Shown: positions 1 to 9,293 of the stretch, in pieces
Layout: the number at the start of each line of letters is the position of its first letter
Position numbering within the stretch: position 1 is the first letter of the stretch
DNA from: Thermoproteota archaeon
GTDB lineage: Archaea > Korarchaeota > Korarchaeia > Korarchaeales > Korarchaeaceae
Direction: 5' to 3'
NCBI GenBank assembly: GCA_026986575.1
Contig: JALSOH010000006.1
Location: 1-64,000 of the forward strand
Length of the DNA stretch: 64,000 nucleotides
Translations under genes and position numbers: made by a program
The notes under the pieces: model-generated
Seen by the model: the letters and a program-made list of their open reading frames with translations, nothing else
Told to the model about the DNA's origin: nothing
Databases searched by the model: none

Positions 1-108
1 GAGTACGGGAAAGATGCCATAATCTACATAGCGGGCACCGTGGGGGAGAGGAAGAGGGCCGCCATAAGGGAGGAGGCGCAGAGGCTGGGACTCACCCTAG
101 CCAACTAG
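1..108 (+). CDS. rpl32e: 50S ribosomal protein L32e, C-terminal part (5'-truncated)
   Basis: Frame 1 reads ...IYIAGTVGERKRAAIREEAQRLGLTLAN*; position directly before L19e. Confidence 0.85.
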   Translation, partial: EYGKDAIIYIAGTVGERKRAAIREEAQRLGLTLAN

Positions 109-121
109 AGAGGTGATGTGA

Positions 122-547
122 GTGAAACTGGATTACCAGAAGAGACTGGCTGCCAAGGTGGCCGGTGTCGGCTTAGACAGGGTGAGGATAAATCCTGAGA
201 AGATAGAGCTCATACAGGAAGCGATAACTAGGAGCGACATAAGGAGGCTGATAAGGTCCGGGGCCATAGAGATACTACCCAAGAAGGGAGTGAGTAGAGC
301 TAGGGCTAGGGCGAGGCCGAAGCGTAGGGGTCCCGGTAGGAGGAAAGGCGGCAAGTACTCACGGCTTCCTAGGAAGAGGAGATGGATAAACAAGATAAGG
401 GCCCTGAGGAGAGAACTCAAATCGATGAAAGAGAGGGGGATAATAGATGCCAAGATGTACGGGGATCTCTATAGGAGACTCTCTAGGTTCGACAGCGTCG
501 CCCACCTCAGATCCCACGTCATGAGGGAGGTGAAGGGGGTTGGCTAG
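122..547 (+). CDS. rpl19e: 50S ribosomal protein L19e
   Basis: QKRLAA...[19 protein letters not shown] motifs; GAGGTGA RBS. Confidence 0.97.
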   Translation: MKLDYQKRLAAKVAGVGLDRVRINPEKIELIQEAITRSDIRRLIRSGAIEILPKKGVSRARARARPKRRGPGRRKGGKYSRLPRKRRWINKIRALRRELKSMKERGIIDAKMYGDLYRRLSRFDSVAHLRSHVMREVKGVG

Positions 548-1142
548 ATCAGCTAGGTACAAGGTCAGGTTCAGACGGAGAAGGGAAGGCAAGACGGACT
601 ACAAGAAGAGGCTAGCTCTGCTGAAGAGCGGGCTCCCTAGAATGGTGGTCAGGAGGACTAACAGGTACATAATAGTGCAGTTCGTCAAGTTCAGGCCTGA
701 AGGAGACGAGGTAATAGCCTACGCATTCTCTAAGGAACTGTCGAGATATGGATGGCCGTATGGAGGGAAGAACACACCCGCAGCCTATCTCACCGGGTAC
801 CTAGCGGCTCTAAGGGCCAAGGAGGCGGGGGTCGAGAAGGCGGTCTTGGATATAGGAAGGTTCCCCTCCACCAAAGGCTCTAGGCTTTACGCTGCCCTCA
901 AGGGCGCCATAGATGCGGGCATAGAGATACCTCACTCGCCCGAGGTCCTACCCGAGGAGGACAGGATAAAGGGCGAGCATATAGCCTCTTGGGCCTCTTC
1001 TCTAAAGGAGGAGAACGAGGAATTCTATAGGAGGCAGTTCGCCCTCTACTTAGCCAGGGAGGCCAGCCCCGAGTCCATGCCCGAAGTCTTCGAGAAGGTG
1101 CTGTCCCAACTGGAGCGCGGGCCCTCGGGAGGCAATGGTTAA
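540..1142 (+). CDS. rpl18: 50S ribosomal protein L18 (uL18)
   Basis: [27 protein letters not shown] motifs. Confidence 0.97.
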   Translation: MARSARYKVRFRRRREGKTDYKKRLALLKSGLPRMVVRRTNRYIIVQFVKFRPEGDEVIAYAFSKELSRYGWPYGGKNTPAAYLTGYLAALRAKEAGVEKAVLDIGRFPSTKGSRLYAALKGAIDAGIEIPHSPEVLPEEDRIKGEHIASWASSLKEENEEFYRRQFALYLAREASPESMPEVFEKVLSQLERGPSGGNG

Positions 1143-1173
1143 ATAAGCAGGGAGCTAATGGGGGTTGAGGAAA

Positions 1174-1818
1174 ATGTCGGCCGAGGGAGAGGCTCAAAGC
1201 GAGTTGGAGAGAACTTGGATCCCCAGAACCAGAGTGGGCAAGCTCGTCGCCGAGGGTAGGATCAAGAGCATAGACGAGATACTGAGGAGAGGTATACCCA
1301 TCCAAGAGCCGGAGATAGTCGATCTCTTAGTTCCGGGCCTTAAGGAGGAGATAATAGAGGTGAGGAGGGTTCAGAGGCAGACTGACGCGGGCGAGCTGAC
1401 CCAGCTCAGGATAGTGGCCGCTGTCGGAGATGGGATGAGCTACGTCGGCGTCGGGAAGGGCAAGGGAAGGGAGTTCAGGATAGCTCTGGCCGATGCCATA
1501 AGGAACGCGAAGCTTAACATAGTAAAGGTGAGGAAGGGCTGCGGATCTTGGGAGTGTGGCTGCGGCAGGCCCCACTCAATCCCCGCCACGGTGACCGGGT
1601 CCTCAGGCTCCGTGAGAGTCACCCTGATGCCAGCCCCTAGGAAGCTGGGCATAGTGGGTAACGAGACTGCTAAGGTGATACTGGGACTGGGTGGCCTGCA
1701 GGACGTCAGGGTGTTCTCCAAGGGTCAGACGAAGAACAGGATGAACTACGCCTTCGCGATACACGACGCGCTCTGGAAGCTCCTCCTGATGACCCTCCCA
1801 CAGGACTGGAGGGTCTGA
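1174..1818 (+). CDS. rps5: 30S ribosomal protein S5 (uS5)
   Basis: WIPRTRVGKLV, GCGSWECGC, GSSGSV..LMPAP motifs; ATG 1174 preferred over TTG 1165. Confidence 0.97.
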   Translation: MSAEGEAQSELERTWIPRTRVGKLVAEGRIKSIDEILRRGIPIQEPEIVDLLVPGLKEEIIEVRRVQRQTDAGELTQLRIVAAVGDGMSYVGVGKGKGREFRIALADAIRNAKLNIVKVRKGCGSWECGCGRPHSIPATVTGSSGSVRVTLMPAPRKLGIVGNETAKVILGLGGLQDVRVFSKGQTKNRMNYAFAIHDALWKLLLMTLPQDWRV

Positions 1819-1825
1819 TCTAAAG

Positions 1826-1834
1826 CTTTTTATT
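1826..1834 (+). promoter_or_regulatory. TATA-like internal promoter upstream of rpl30 leader
   Basis: CTTTTTATT in intergenic gap; near-identical CTTTTATTCCCT at 8259 and CTTTTTATT before SRP RNA. Confidence 0.5.
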
Positions 1835-1846
1835 CCCTCATTCTAG

Positions 1847-1906
1847 TCAGGTGGAGAGGCGCGCGCCCGTTAGGCGCGGGAGCGCACGATGTCGGGTGCG
1901 CCCTGA
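1847..1906 (+). ncRNA. GC-rich structured leader or small RNA upstream of rpl30 (candidate)
   Basis: Hairpins 1862-1878 and 1882-1901, or alternative long stem 1857-1869/1893-1904; abuts GAGGTGA RBS. Confidence 0.4.
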
Positions 1907-1913
1907 GAGGTGA

Positions 1914-2408
1914 TTGGGATTGGAAGAGGTTCCGCTGATGGCCGTTGTGAGGATAAGGGGTAGAGTCGACATAAAACCGGACATCCGGCATACTCTAGAT
2001 ATGCTTCACCTAAAGAGGAAGTTCTGGGCTACCGTGGTGCCCCTGACTCCCTCGTATAGGGGCATGCTGCACAAGGTGAAGGATTACACCACTTACGGGG
2101 AGATCGACAGGGAGACCCTGATACAGCTGCTCAAGGCTAGGGGGGAGCTCACCACTGGAGGCAGGCTGACGGACGGGTGGCTGGAGGAACACAGGGAGGA
2201 GACTGGTTTCTCAAGTGTGGAGGAGCTGGTCAATGCCGTGATGGAAGGAGAAGTTAAGCTCCACAAGTTGAAGTGGCTGAAACCCTACTTCAGGCTCCAT
2301 CCCCCGAAGGGAGGGTTCAAGAAGACGACTAAGAGGGCATGGAATGACGGAGGAGAGTTGGGATACAGGGGGAAGGAGATAAATAGGCTCTTGAGGAGGA
2401 TGATATGA
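1914..2408 (+). CDS. rpl30: 50S ribosomal protein L30 (uL30, long archaeal form)
   Basis: AVVRIRG, GML.KVKDY, FRLHPPKGG, GELGYRG motifs. Confidence 0.97.
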   Translation: MGLEEVPLMAVVRIRGRVDIKPDIRHTLDMLHLKRKFWATVVPLTPSYRGMLHKVKDYTTYGEIDRETLIQLLKARGELTTGGRLTDGWLEEHREETGFSSVEELVNAVMEGEVKLHKLKWLKPYFRLHPPKGGFKKTTKRAWNDGGELGYRGKEINRLLRRMI

Positions 2409-2872
2409 TGCGGACCATACCGAGGAGGAGGAAGAAGAGTAGGAAGCTGAGAGGACACAGACTCCACGGATACGGGCAGCAGAGGCAGCACAGGAGGAGC
2501 GGAAGACAGGGCGGATTCGGAAAGGCAGGAGTGAAGAAGCATCTCTGGACTTGGATAACAGCCTATGAGCCAGACTACTTCGGCAGGGGCAGGAGGGGAT
2601 TCAAGAGACCGAGGGCCGTGGTCAGGGAGATGAGGACTGTAAACGTGGGGGAGCTGGAGAGGATGCTTCCGGACCTGATGGCCTTGGGATACGCTAGGGA
2701 GACTGAGAAGGGCATAGAGATAGACCTATCTGAGGCTGGCTACGATAAGCTCTTGGGTAGGGGTAGCGTCACTAAGCCCCTACTGGTCAAGGTCGATCTC
2801 GCCACGGAGGTGGCCGTCAGGAAGCTAGAGGAGGCAGGGGGCGCCGTGATAACGGAATCAGAGTCGAAGTGA
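2405..2872 (+). CDS. rpl15: 50S ribosomal protein L15 (uL15)
   Basis: RKLRGHRLHGYG, KLLGRG, KLEEAGG motifs. Confidence 0.97.
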   Translation: MMRTIPRRRKKSRKLRGHRLHGYGQQRQHRRSGRQGGFGKAGVKKHLWTWITAYEPDYFGRGRRGFKRPRAVVREMRTVNVGELERMLPDLMALGYARETEKGIEIDLSEAGYDKLLGRGSVTKPLLVKVDLATEVAVRKLEEAGGAVITESESK

Positions 2873-2882
2873 GGGGGTAGAT

Positions 2883-4286
2883 ATGAGCGTGGTGAGGGAG
2901 ATAATCGCCAAGATAAACAAGGGAATACCGGAAGTAGAGAAGCCCAAGAGGACCCCCTCCCTCAAGGAGAAGCTCATATGGACGGCCATAACCCTCCTCA
3001 TATACTTCTTCCTTACTGAAGTTCCCCTGTATGGAGTTCCTAGGGGCGGACTAGACTTCCTAGCGGAACTGAGGGTGATATTTGCTGGAGCTCAGGGGAG
3101 CATAGTCGAGCTGGGGATAGGACCTGTCGTAACCGCCGGAATAGTATTGGAGCTGCTCGTGGGTAGCAAGATAGTTCAGCTGGATTTGACGGATCCAGAG
3201 GACAGGAAGTTCTTCCAAGAGGCCCAGAGGGTGGCAGCCATATTCTTTATCCTATTCGAGGTCTCCGCCTACACATTGGGAGGGAGGTTCGGCACTCTCA
3301 CCACAGAACAGGCCCTGATGGCCATAGCTCAGCTCTCACTGGGAAGCTTCCTACTGATGATGTTGGACGACTTGGTCAGCAAGTGGGGAATAGGAAGCGG
3401 TATAAGTCTCTTCATTCTTGCGGGAGTGGCCCAGAGGGTCATGTGGGGAACACTGTCCCCGGCTATAGAGAAGAGAAGCGGCAGATTCGTCGGCGTGATA
3501 CCGGCCCTCTTCACAGAGGGTGCCGGTGCCATCTATAGAGGCGCCCTTCCTGATCTTTTGGGATTGATCGCAACATTCGTTGTGTTCTTAGCCGTCGTTT
3601 GGACGTATGATGTGAAAGTAAACATATCGATAGCGCACACTCTCTACGGAGGTTACAGAACGAAATACCCGATAAGACTCCTGTACGTGAGTAATGTCCC
3701 AATAATATTCGCTGCAGCTCTGCTGGGGGATATAAGCATAATGTCCAAGATAGTATGGGCAAGGGTCGGTGCCAATCCAGGTGGTTGGTTGAAATATCTG
3801 GTGGACATTCTAGGCCGTTACGAAGCGGATCCCATAACGGGGACCATGGTACCTGTTTCCGGTTTAGCCTATTATCTAGCAACTCCTAGAGGCCCTGATG
3901 TCCTAGTTCAGGATCCGCTCAGGGCACTTATATATCTGGTGGTGTTAGTAGGAGCCAGCGTTGTTTTCGCTAAGATATGGGTGATGACGGCAGGGATGGA
4001 TCCTAGATCGGTCAGCGAGCAACTCGTCAAGCAGGGAATAGTCGTCCCCGGAAGGAGAGCATCGATAAAGGTAGTAGCTAAGACCATAGAGAAGTACATA
4101 GAGGCGGTCACTTACCTCGGTGGGTTCATAGTGGGTCTCCTAGCGGCTCTTGCTAACTTCACAGGAGCTCTAGGAACCGGTAGCGGGATACTGCTGGCCG
4201 TTACCATAGTGGCCGGCTTCTACGAGACGCTGATGCGCGAGCGCGCCTTGGAGATGTATCCGAGGCTGAAGAAGTTCATAGGATAG
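2883..4286 (+). CDS. secY: Preprotein translocase subunit SecY
   Basis: ELGIGPVVTAG, KWGIGSGISLFI, LGTGSGILLAV; polytopic membrane protein; synteny. Confidence 0.98.
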   Translation: MSVVREIIAKINKGIPEVEKPKRTPSLKEKLIWTAITLLIYFFLTEVPLYGVPRGGLDFLAELRVIFAGAQGSIVELGIGPVVTAGIVLELLVGSKIVQLDLTDPEDRKFFQEAQRVAAIFFILFEVSAYTLGGRFGTLTTEQALMAIAQLSLGSFLLMMLDDLVSKWGIGSGISLFILAGVAQRVMWGTLSPAIEKRSGRFVGVIPALFTEGAGAIYRGALPDLLGLIATFVVFLAVVWTYDVKVNISIAHTLYGGYRTKYPIRLLYVSNVPIIFAAALLGDISIMSKIVWARVGANPGGWLKYLVDILGRYEADPITGTMVPVSGLAYYLATPRGPDVLVQDPLRALIYLVVLVGASVVFAKIWVMTAGMDPRSVSEQLVKQGIVVPGRRASIKVVAKTIEKYIEAVTYLGGFIVGLLAALANFTGALGTGSGILLAVTIVAGFYETLMRERALEMYPRLKKFIG

Positions 4287-4296
4287 GTGGTCCTAG

Positions 4297-4800
4297 TTGG
4301 ATCTCTCCTCCATACTATTTCCTCCCGGTTCCATCCTCTTTCTCACATTCCTAGCCTTTGCCATAAGCCTCTCCATCAACCTGCTCAACAAGAGAACCAT
4401 AGACTACGATAGGCTCAGGGAACTCCAGAAGATCGTTAACGAGTATACCAAACTTCAGAGGGAGCTGATCAAGGATCCCGAGAACAAGAAGTTGAAGAAG
4501 AAGCTCGACAGGATGAAACCCCAGTTCGATGCCGCGCGCTCGGAGATGACCAAGATGAACATGAAACCCATGCTCTACACGACCCTGCCTATACTCGTGA
4601 TCTTTTGGGCCTTGGGAAACTTCTACGCTGAGATCCCGGTGGCTAGACTGCCGTTTCCCCTCCCCTTCATAATGGATTACTTCCATGGGAACAGTGCACT
4701 CTCCAGCCAGACGATCGGGTACCTAGGCTATTACATAATAGTGTCCTTCCTGTTCTCGATGATATTCCAGAAAATACTGGGAACTTCCCCGACTGAGTAA
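4297..4800 (+). CDS. DUF106 / EMC3-TMCO1 (Oxa1 superfamily) membrane insertase
   Basis: TM, coiled coil, KPM..T, TM...YI..S architecture; usual position after secY. Confidence 0.85.
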   Translation: MDLSSILFPPGSILFLTFLAFAISLSINLLNKRTIDYDRLRELQKIVNEYTKLQRELIKDPENKKLKKKLDRMKPQFDAARSEMTKMNMKPMLYTTLPILVIFWALGNFYAEIPVARLPFPLPFIMDYFHGNSALSSQTIGYLGYYIIVSFLFSMIFQKILGTSPTE

Positions 4801-4917
4801 TTTTCTTACATTTTTCCCTAGAAGTCCAACGTTCCAATACTGCTTCTTGGGGTTCTCCAGTGGGCAAATGTTTAAAATCCACAGGTTCGGTTAGGACTGG
4901 CCGCGGAGGTGCTGGTC

Positions 4918-5229
4918 TTGATAATAGAGGACATAAACAAGAGAGGAAGGAACAGGCGTCTTAAGAAGGCTAGGATAGCTGTTAGAACGCCTGGAGGCAG
5001 GACCGTTTACCACTACAGGCACAAGAAGCACTCCCCCGCTAGGTGCGCGAGGTGTGGGAAACCGCTGAACGCCACACCGACAGGACCTAGGTCCGTCATG
5101 GGCAAGCTCCCCAAGAGTCAGAGGAGGCCCAACAGACCCTACGGTGGTTACCTCTGCCCCGAATGCCTCCGCGAGTTGATGCTCTCCAAGTACATAGAGG
5201 AGGGCCTGTCCCTCCTGGCGTCCCCTTGA
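4918..5229 (+). CDS. rpl34e: 50S ribosomal protein L34e
   Basis: RTPGG, CARCG, RPNRPYGGYLCPEC; GGAGGT RBS before TTG 4918. Confidence 0.96.
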   Translation: MIIEDINKRGRNRRLKKARIAVRTPGGRTVYHYRHKKHSPARCARCGKPLNATPTGPRSVMGKLPKSQRRPNRPYGGYLCPECLRELMLSKYIEEGLSLLASP

Positions 5230-5266
5230 GGGACGCTAGCCCCGCTCGCGAGAGGGGGTGTCTCGT

Positions 5267-5587
5267 ATGGCAGTGATAGAGATAGGAAGAGTCTGTAGAA
5301 AGATAGCCGGTAGGGAAGCCGGTAGGATCTGCGTAGTGGTCAAGATAATCGATGACAACTTTGTGGAGGTCACGGGGCCTAGGGATCTGACCGGGGTCAG
5401 GAGGAGAAGGGTCAACGTGAAGCACCTCGTACCCCTGCCGGTGAAGCTTGACATATCGGAGGGGGCTAGTGACGAGGAGGTCTTGGAAGCCCTTAAGGAG
5501 ACTGATCTGTATCCAAAGCTCCTGGAGGAGAAGGAAAAGAGGGAAAGGAAGAAGGGCAAGCCGGCTGAAGGGGCCGAGGAATCCTGA
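5267..5587 (+). CDS. rpl14e: 50S ribosomal protein L14e
   Basis: IEIGRVCRKIAGREAG, VTGP..LTGVRRRRVN. Confidence 0.96.
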   Translation: MAVIEIGRVCRKIAGREAGRICVVVKIIDDNFVEVTGPRDLTGVRRRRVNVKHLVPLPVKLDISEGASDEEVLEALKETDLYPKLLEEKEKRERKKGKPAEGAEES

Positions 5588-6579
5588 TGAGACCTTTCAT
5601 CGATGCCCAAGAAGAGCTGATAGTGAAGAGCATAGCTGAACCTGGACCCTACGGATATAGGCCCCGTGAGAGACCTCTCTTTTTTTACTTGGATCATGGA
5701 ATCATAAACTTGGACAAGCCTAGGGGACCCACCTCCCATACCGTGACCAAGCTCGTCAAGAGGATCTTGGAATACCCCGGGAAGATAGGGCACTGCGGTA
5801 CCTTGGATCCCAAGGTGTCGGGAGTCCTACCCATAGTTCTGGGGAACGCTACCAAGCTGAGCAGGTTGATCGCGGGCTCTGACAAGGAATACGTTGGAGT
5901 TCTCTACTTGCACGGGGATGTGGACGAGGGAGAGTTGAGGGAAGCATTGGACAAGTTCACCGGACCGATATTCCAGAGGCCACCGGTCAAGTCGGCAGTG
6001 AAGAGGACTCTAAGGGTGAGGAGGGTCTACGAGCTGGAGCTACTGGAGAGCGAGGGTCGATTCCACCTCCTCAGGACTAGAGTGGAATCCGGGACCTACA
6101 TAAGGAAGCTGTTCTTCGATATCGGGGAGTACTTAGGAGTGGGAGCCAGCATGAGGGAGTTGAGGAGGACGAGATCTGGCATCTTCAACGAGAGGGAGAG
6201 CGTTATGCTCCAAGACCTCTACGAGGCTTATATCCGGTGGAAGGAACGCGGAGAGGAGGACCGTCTCCGAGAAGTGGTGCTCCCCCTGGAGGTGGCCGTG
6301 GCTCACTTACCAAAGATAGTCGTCAAGGACAGCGCAGTAGCTTCCATTACCCATGGTGCTTCCCTGAAGATCAAGGGAGTGAGCATGCTATCCAAAGACG
6401 TAAAGAAAGGTTGTTTAGTGGCGATAATGACGCTCAAGGGTGAACTCGTGGCCATAGGAAGATCAACCATGAGCTCCGAGGACATGGTCTCTTCAGAATC
6501 AGGTGTGGCTGCCGATATCGAGAGGGTCATAATGCCCAGGGACCTCTATCCTCCCATGTGGAAGAGGAAGGGGACCTGA
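5587..6579 (+). CDS. cbf5: H/ACA RNP pseudouridine synthase Cbf5 (TruB family with PUA domain)
   Basis: DKPRGPTSH, GHCGTLDP, GTYIRKL, LRRTRSG. Confidence 0.97.
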   Translation: MRPFIDAQEELIVKSIAEPGPYGYRPRERPLFFYLDHGIINLDKPRGPTSHTVTKLVKRILEYPGKIGHCGTLDPKVSGVLPIVLGNATKLSRLIAGSDKEYVGVLYLHGDVDEGELREALDKFTGPIFQRPPVKSAVKRTLRVRRVYELELLESEGRFHLLRTRVESGTYIRKLFFDIGEYLGVGASMRELRRTRSGIFNERESVMLQDLYEAYIRWKERGEEDRLREVVLPLEVAVAHLPKIVVKDSAVASITHGASLKIKGVSMLSKDVKKGCLVAIMTLKGELVAIGRSTMSSEDMVSSESGVAADIERVIMPRDLYPPMWKRKGT

Positions 6580-6632
6580 CAGGGTGCGCAACTATTAAAT
6601 CCCCCAATTGTAGAGTTGTTGTATGGAGGCTA

Positions 6633-6720
6633 GCCGGGGTGCCCTAGCCAGGAAGGGGGCTGGCCTGGAGAGCCAGTGGCCCATCGGGCCGCGAGGGTTC
6701 AAATCCCTCCCCCGGCGCCA
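6633..6720 (+). tRNA. tRNA-Ser(GGA), CCA encoded
   Basis: GCCGGGG/CCCCGGC acceptor stem; CTGGC-CT GGA GA-GCCAG anticodon arm; long variable arm; GGTTCAAATCC. Confidence 0.97.
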
Positions 6721-6729
6721 TTCGGATAA

Positions 6730-6787
6730 TTGTCAGTTCCCAGTCCCTCATCGGGCTCGAAGCCACCTTACCAACCTCTCCTCAAGA
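6730..6787 (-). ncRNA. Candidate C/D-box guide sRNA
   Basis: Minus strand TTGAGGA (C-like)...CGATGA (C')-11 nt-CTGA (D) spanning 53 nt; TATA-like element about 25 nt upstream. Confidence 0.4.
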
Positions 6788-6852
6788 GCTGCCAGCGGAG
6801 CAAAATCTTATATTACACTCAAGACCCCAAGTTCCGAAAGAGGGGTGAGGAA

Positions 6853-7305
6853 TTGTCGGAAACTGCGGAGCTAAGGAGGATAGTAAGGCTTCTCAACACG
6901 ACCCTAGACGGTACTAAGCATGTACTCATCTCCCTGACCAATGTCAAGGGAATAAGCTTCGTTCTAGCTAAAGCGATCCTAATGAAGGCTGGCATCCCAC
7001 CGGACAAGCTTCTTGGAGAGCTGACTGACGAGGAACTGGAAAAGATAGAGGATGTGGTCAACAATCCCGACAAGTACGGCATACCTTGGTGGATGATGAA
7101 CCGGCAGAAGGATCCGAGGACCAACGAGTCCAAGATCCTGATAGGAGATGATGTCTCTTGGGTCATGACTCAGGACATAAACTTGATGAAGAAGATAAGG
7201 AGCTGGAAGGGAATAAGGCACGAGCTCGGCCTCAAGGTGAGAGGGCAGAGGACCAAGACCACCGGAAGGGTTGGGAGGACCGTAGGATACCAGAGGAAGA
7301 AGTGA
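6853..7305 (+). CDS. rps13: 30S ribosomal protein S13
   Basis: IVRLLNTTLDG, WMMNRQKD, GIRHELGLKVRGQRTKTTGR; GGGGTGA RBS before TTG 6853. Confidence 0.97.
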   Translation: MSETAELRRIVRLLNTTLDGTKHVLISLTNVKGISFVLAKAILMKAGIPPDKLLGELTDEELEKIEDVVNNPDKYGIPWWMMNRQKDPRTNESKILIGDDVSWVMTQDINLMKKIRSWKGIRHELGLKVRGQRTKTTGRVGRTVGYQRKK

Positions 7306-7316
7306 GGTGATACCCG

Positions 7317-7832
7317 ATGGGAGACCCAAAGAAACCGAGGAAGAAGTACGAGAGGCCCTACAAGCCTTGGGATAGACGGGTCCTCGAGGAGACAAATAGA
7401 CTAGCTGGTTACTACGGGCTGAGGAACAAGAGGGAGCTCTGGAGGATGAGCTATCTCGCCAAGAAGTACAGGAGGATAGCCAGAGAGCTACTGGCGGCTC
7501 CAGAGGAGGAGAGGGTGAGGGTCGAGCCCATAATAAGGAAGCTCCGGAAGCTTGGGATAGTCGGAGAGGACGCCACCTTGGATGACCTCCTCGATCTGAC
7601 GGTCGATCAGTTCTTGGAGAGGAGGCTCCAGACAATTGTCTGGAAGAAGGGCTTCGCGAAGACGCCCTACATGGCGAGGCAGCTGATAACTCACGGTCAC
7701 ATCAGGGTTAATGGCAGGAGGCTAAAGCAGCCAGGTTACTTGGTAACACTGGAAGAAGAGGAGACCATAGAATGCACGCACCCCGCATGTTTGGAGGAGC
7801 AAGCTGAGCATCCTGAGCAGAAGGCCGAATGA
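7317..7832 (+). CDS. rps4: 30S ribosomal protein S4
   Basis: MGDPKKPRKKY, YGLRNKRE, LERRLQT, ARQLITHGHI. Confidence 0.98.
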   Translation: MGDPKKPRKKYERPYKPWDRRVLEETNRLAGYYGLRNKRELWRMSYLAKKYRRIARELLAAPEEERVRVEPIIRKLRKLGIVGEDATLDDLLDLTVDQFLERRLQTIVWKKGFAKTPYMARQLITHGHIRVNGRRLKQPGYLVTLEEEETIECTHPACLEEQAEHPEQKAE

Positions 7833-7848
7833 TTAGGGAGGTGATCTC

Positions 7849-8247
7849 ATGTCTACTCAGAAGAAGGGCAAGATCGGTGTGGCGCACATCTACTCCTCCT
7901 TCAACGATACCATAGTCCACATCACCGATATAACCGGTGCAGAGACCTTGGCTAGATACTCTGGCGGCATGTTCGTCGACGCAGACAGGCTAGAGGGTTC
8001 GCCATACGCAGCCCTCAAGGCGGCGATGGCCGCTGCCAAGGAGGCTCAGAAGAAGGGTGTGACCCATCTCATAGTCAAGGTCAGAGCTCCTGGCGGGATA
8101 AAGAGCAGGATCCCAGGACCTGGGGCCACAGCGGCCATAAGAGGGCTCTCCAGGTCCGGTCTCATACTCATCAGGGTTGAGGACGTCACGCCTATACCCC
8201 ATGATGGATGCAGGAGACCTCACGGCAGGAGAGGGAGGAGGGTCTGA
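7849..8247 (+). CDS. rps11: 30S ribosomal protein S11
   Basis: [31 protein letters not shown]. Confidence 0.98.
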   Translation: MSTQKKGKIGVAHIYSSFNDTIVHITDITGAETLARYSGGMFVDADRLEGSPYAALKAAMAAAKEAQKKGVTHLIVKVRAPGGIKSRIPGPGATAAIRGLSRSGLILIRVEDVTPIPHDGCRRPHGRRGRRV

Positions 8248-8258
8248 TCCCTCTCAAA

Positions 8259-8266
8259 CTTTTATT
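8259..8266 (+). promoter_or_regulatory. TATA-like element upstream of orphan gene and rpoD
   Basis: CTTTTATT about 35 nt before GTG 8301. Confidence 0.45.
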
Positions 8267-8300
8267 CCCTTGCACCCCCAATTAGGATGAGGTAACCCTC

Positions 8301-9293
8301 GTGTCGGGGGATAACTTAGAGGAGATAGAACCCCTGCTCAGCTGGTACAAGAGGACAGGACGCGTTCAAGTGGAGTCTCTAGGTTTGGACGGACGCACAG
8401 TTATCCTCAAAATAGAGGGTAAGAAGAGGAACATTCGCTCCTTGGTAGCACTGTACGACTCATCCTTGGATGGTGATCTCTCCACTTGGCTGAGGGACCT
8501 GATAGACTCCCACAGGAGAGCGGGCATTGAGTTCGATCGAGTGGAGATCTGGACCTCTCCAGAAATGGTAGATGATCTGTCGGCTGAATCCGAAGAACTA
8601 GGTGAGGACATAGACATAGTGATAAGGTCCCTCTCGGAGCTCGGATCACCGGTGTCTCCTACCCTCACCACCCCTTCCAAGGAGCGAACGACCAGTAGAA
8701 GGGCCCGCAAGCCTTCCCTCAGGAAGGAGGAGAGCAGGACGATAGTCGTGGTGGAGGAAAGGAAGGAACATGGTAGCAGGTACGAAGAGCCCAATAGGAG
8801 CATGGAGGACAGCTTAACTGCAATTCTGAACGAGATAAAGAGGACCATAGATCAGTCGATGAAGTCCATCGTAGAGGAAGTGAGGAAGGGTAACGAGATA
8901 GATCTTCTCAATAAGATACACGAGTTGGAGAAGAGAGTGGAACTTCTGGAGGCGATGATAAGGCTGCTAGGACAGCAAGGGACCATCAATTTACCGCAAG
9001 GTGGCTGGGCGGCGAGGAACAGCGTCCTGCCCAAGCTGGAACCCACCGAGATCAAGATCAAGAGTGAGTACAGGAGGGAGCAACCGGCCGGAGCTGAGGC
9101 CGTTAGAACGAGAGAGGAGGAGAGGGCGGAATCCGCTCCCAGATACAGCCATCAAGTTAATATTCCATATGCCCAAGAGAGCGGTGGATCTGAGGAATCC
9201 CCGACCACGGAATCCGAGGACATACTTGAAGAGATATTAAGCAACCCGTGGGTCGAGATCCTCAGGAAGAAGGGTGAAGACGTTGAGGGCTAG
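8301..9293 (+). CDS. Hypothetical protein: globular N-domain, linker, coiled coil, C-terminal NPWVEILRKK helix (arcadin-2-like)
   Basis: 330-aa ORF with GAGGT RBS filling the rps11-rpoD gap; overlaps rpoD start. Confidence 0.8.
   Translation: MSGDNLEEIEPLLSWYKRTGRVQVESLGLDGRTVILKIEGKKRNIRSLVALYDSSLDGDLSTWLRDLIDSHRRAGIEFDRVEIWTSPEMVDDLSAESEELGEDIDIVIRSLSELGSPVSPTLTTPSKERTTSRRARKPSLRKEESRTIVVVEERKEHGSRYEEPNRSMEDSLTAILNEIKRTIDQSMKSIVEEVRKGNEIDLLNKIHELEKRVELLEAMIRLLGQQGTINLPQGGWAARNSVLPKLEPTEIKIKSEYRREQPAGAEAVRTREEERAESAPRYSHQVNIPYAQESGGSEESPTTESEDILEEILSNPWVEILRKKGEDVEG

Noticed and set aside
6671-6720. About 50-bp sequence repeated (inverted) at 36613-36662, resembling an att site
   Set aside because: Both copies are parts of complete tRNA-Ser genes in opposite orientation, with core genes and no integrase between them
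6623-6874. ORFs running through RNA genes (also 36484-36777, 36631-36834, 41673-41939)
   Set aside because: They overlap tRNA or SRP RNA genes; spurious
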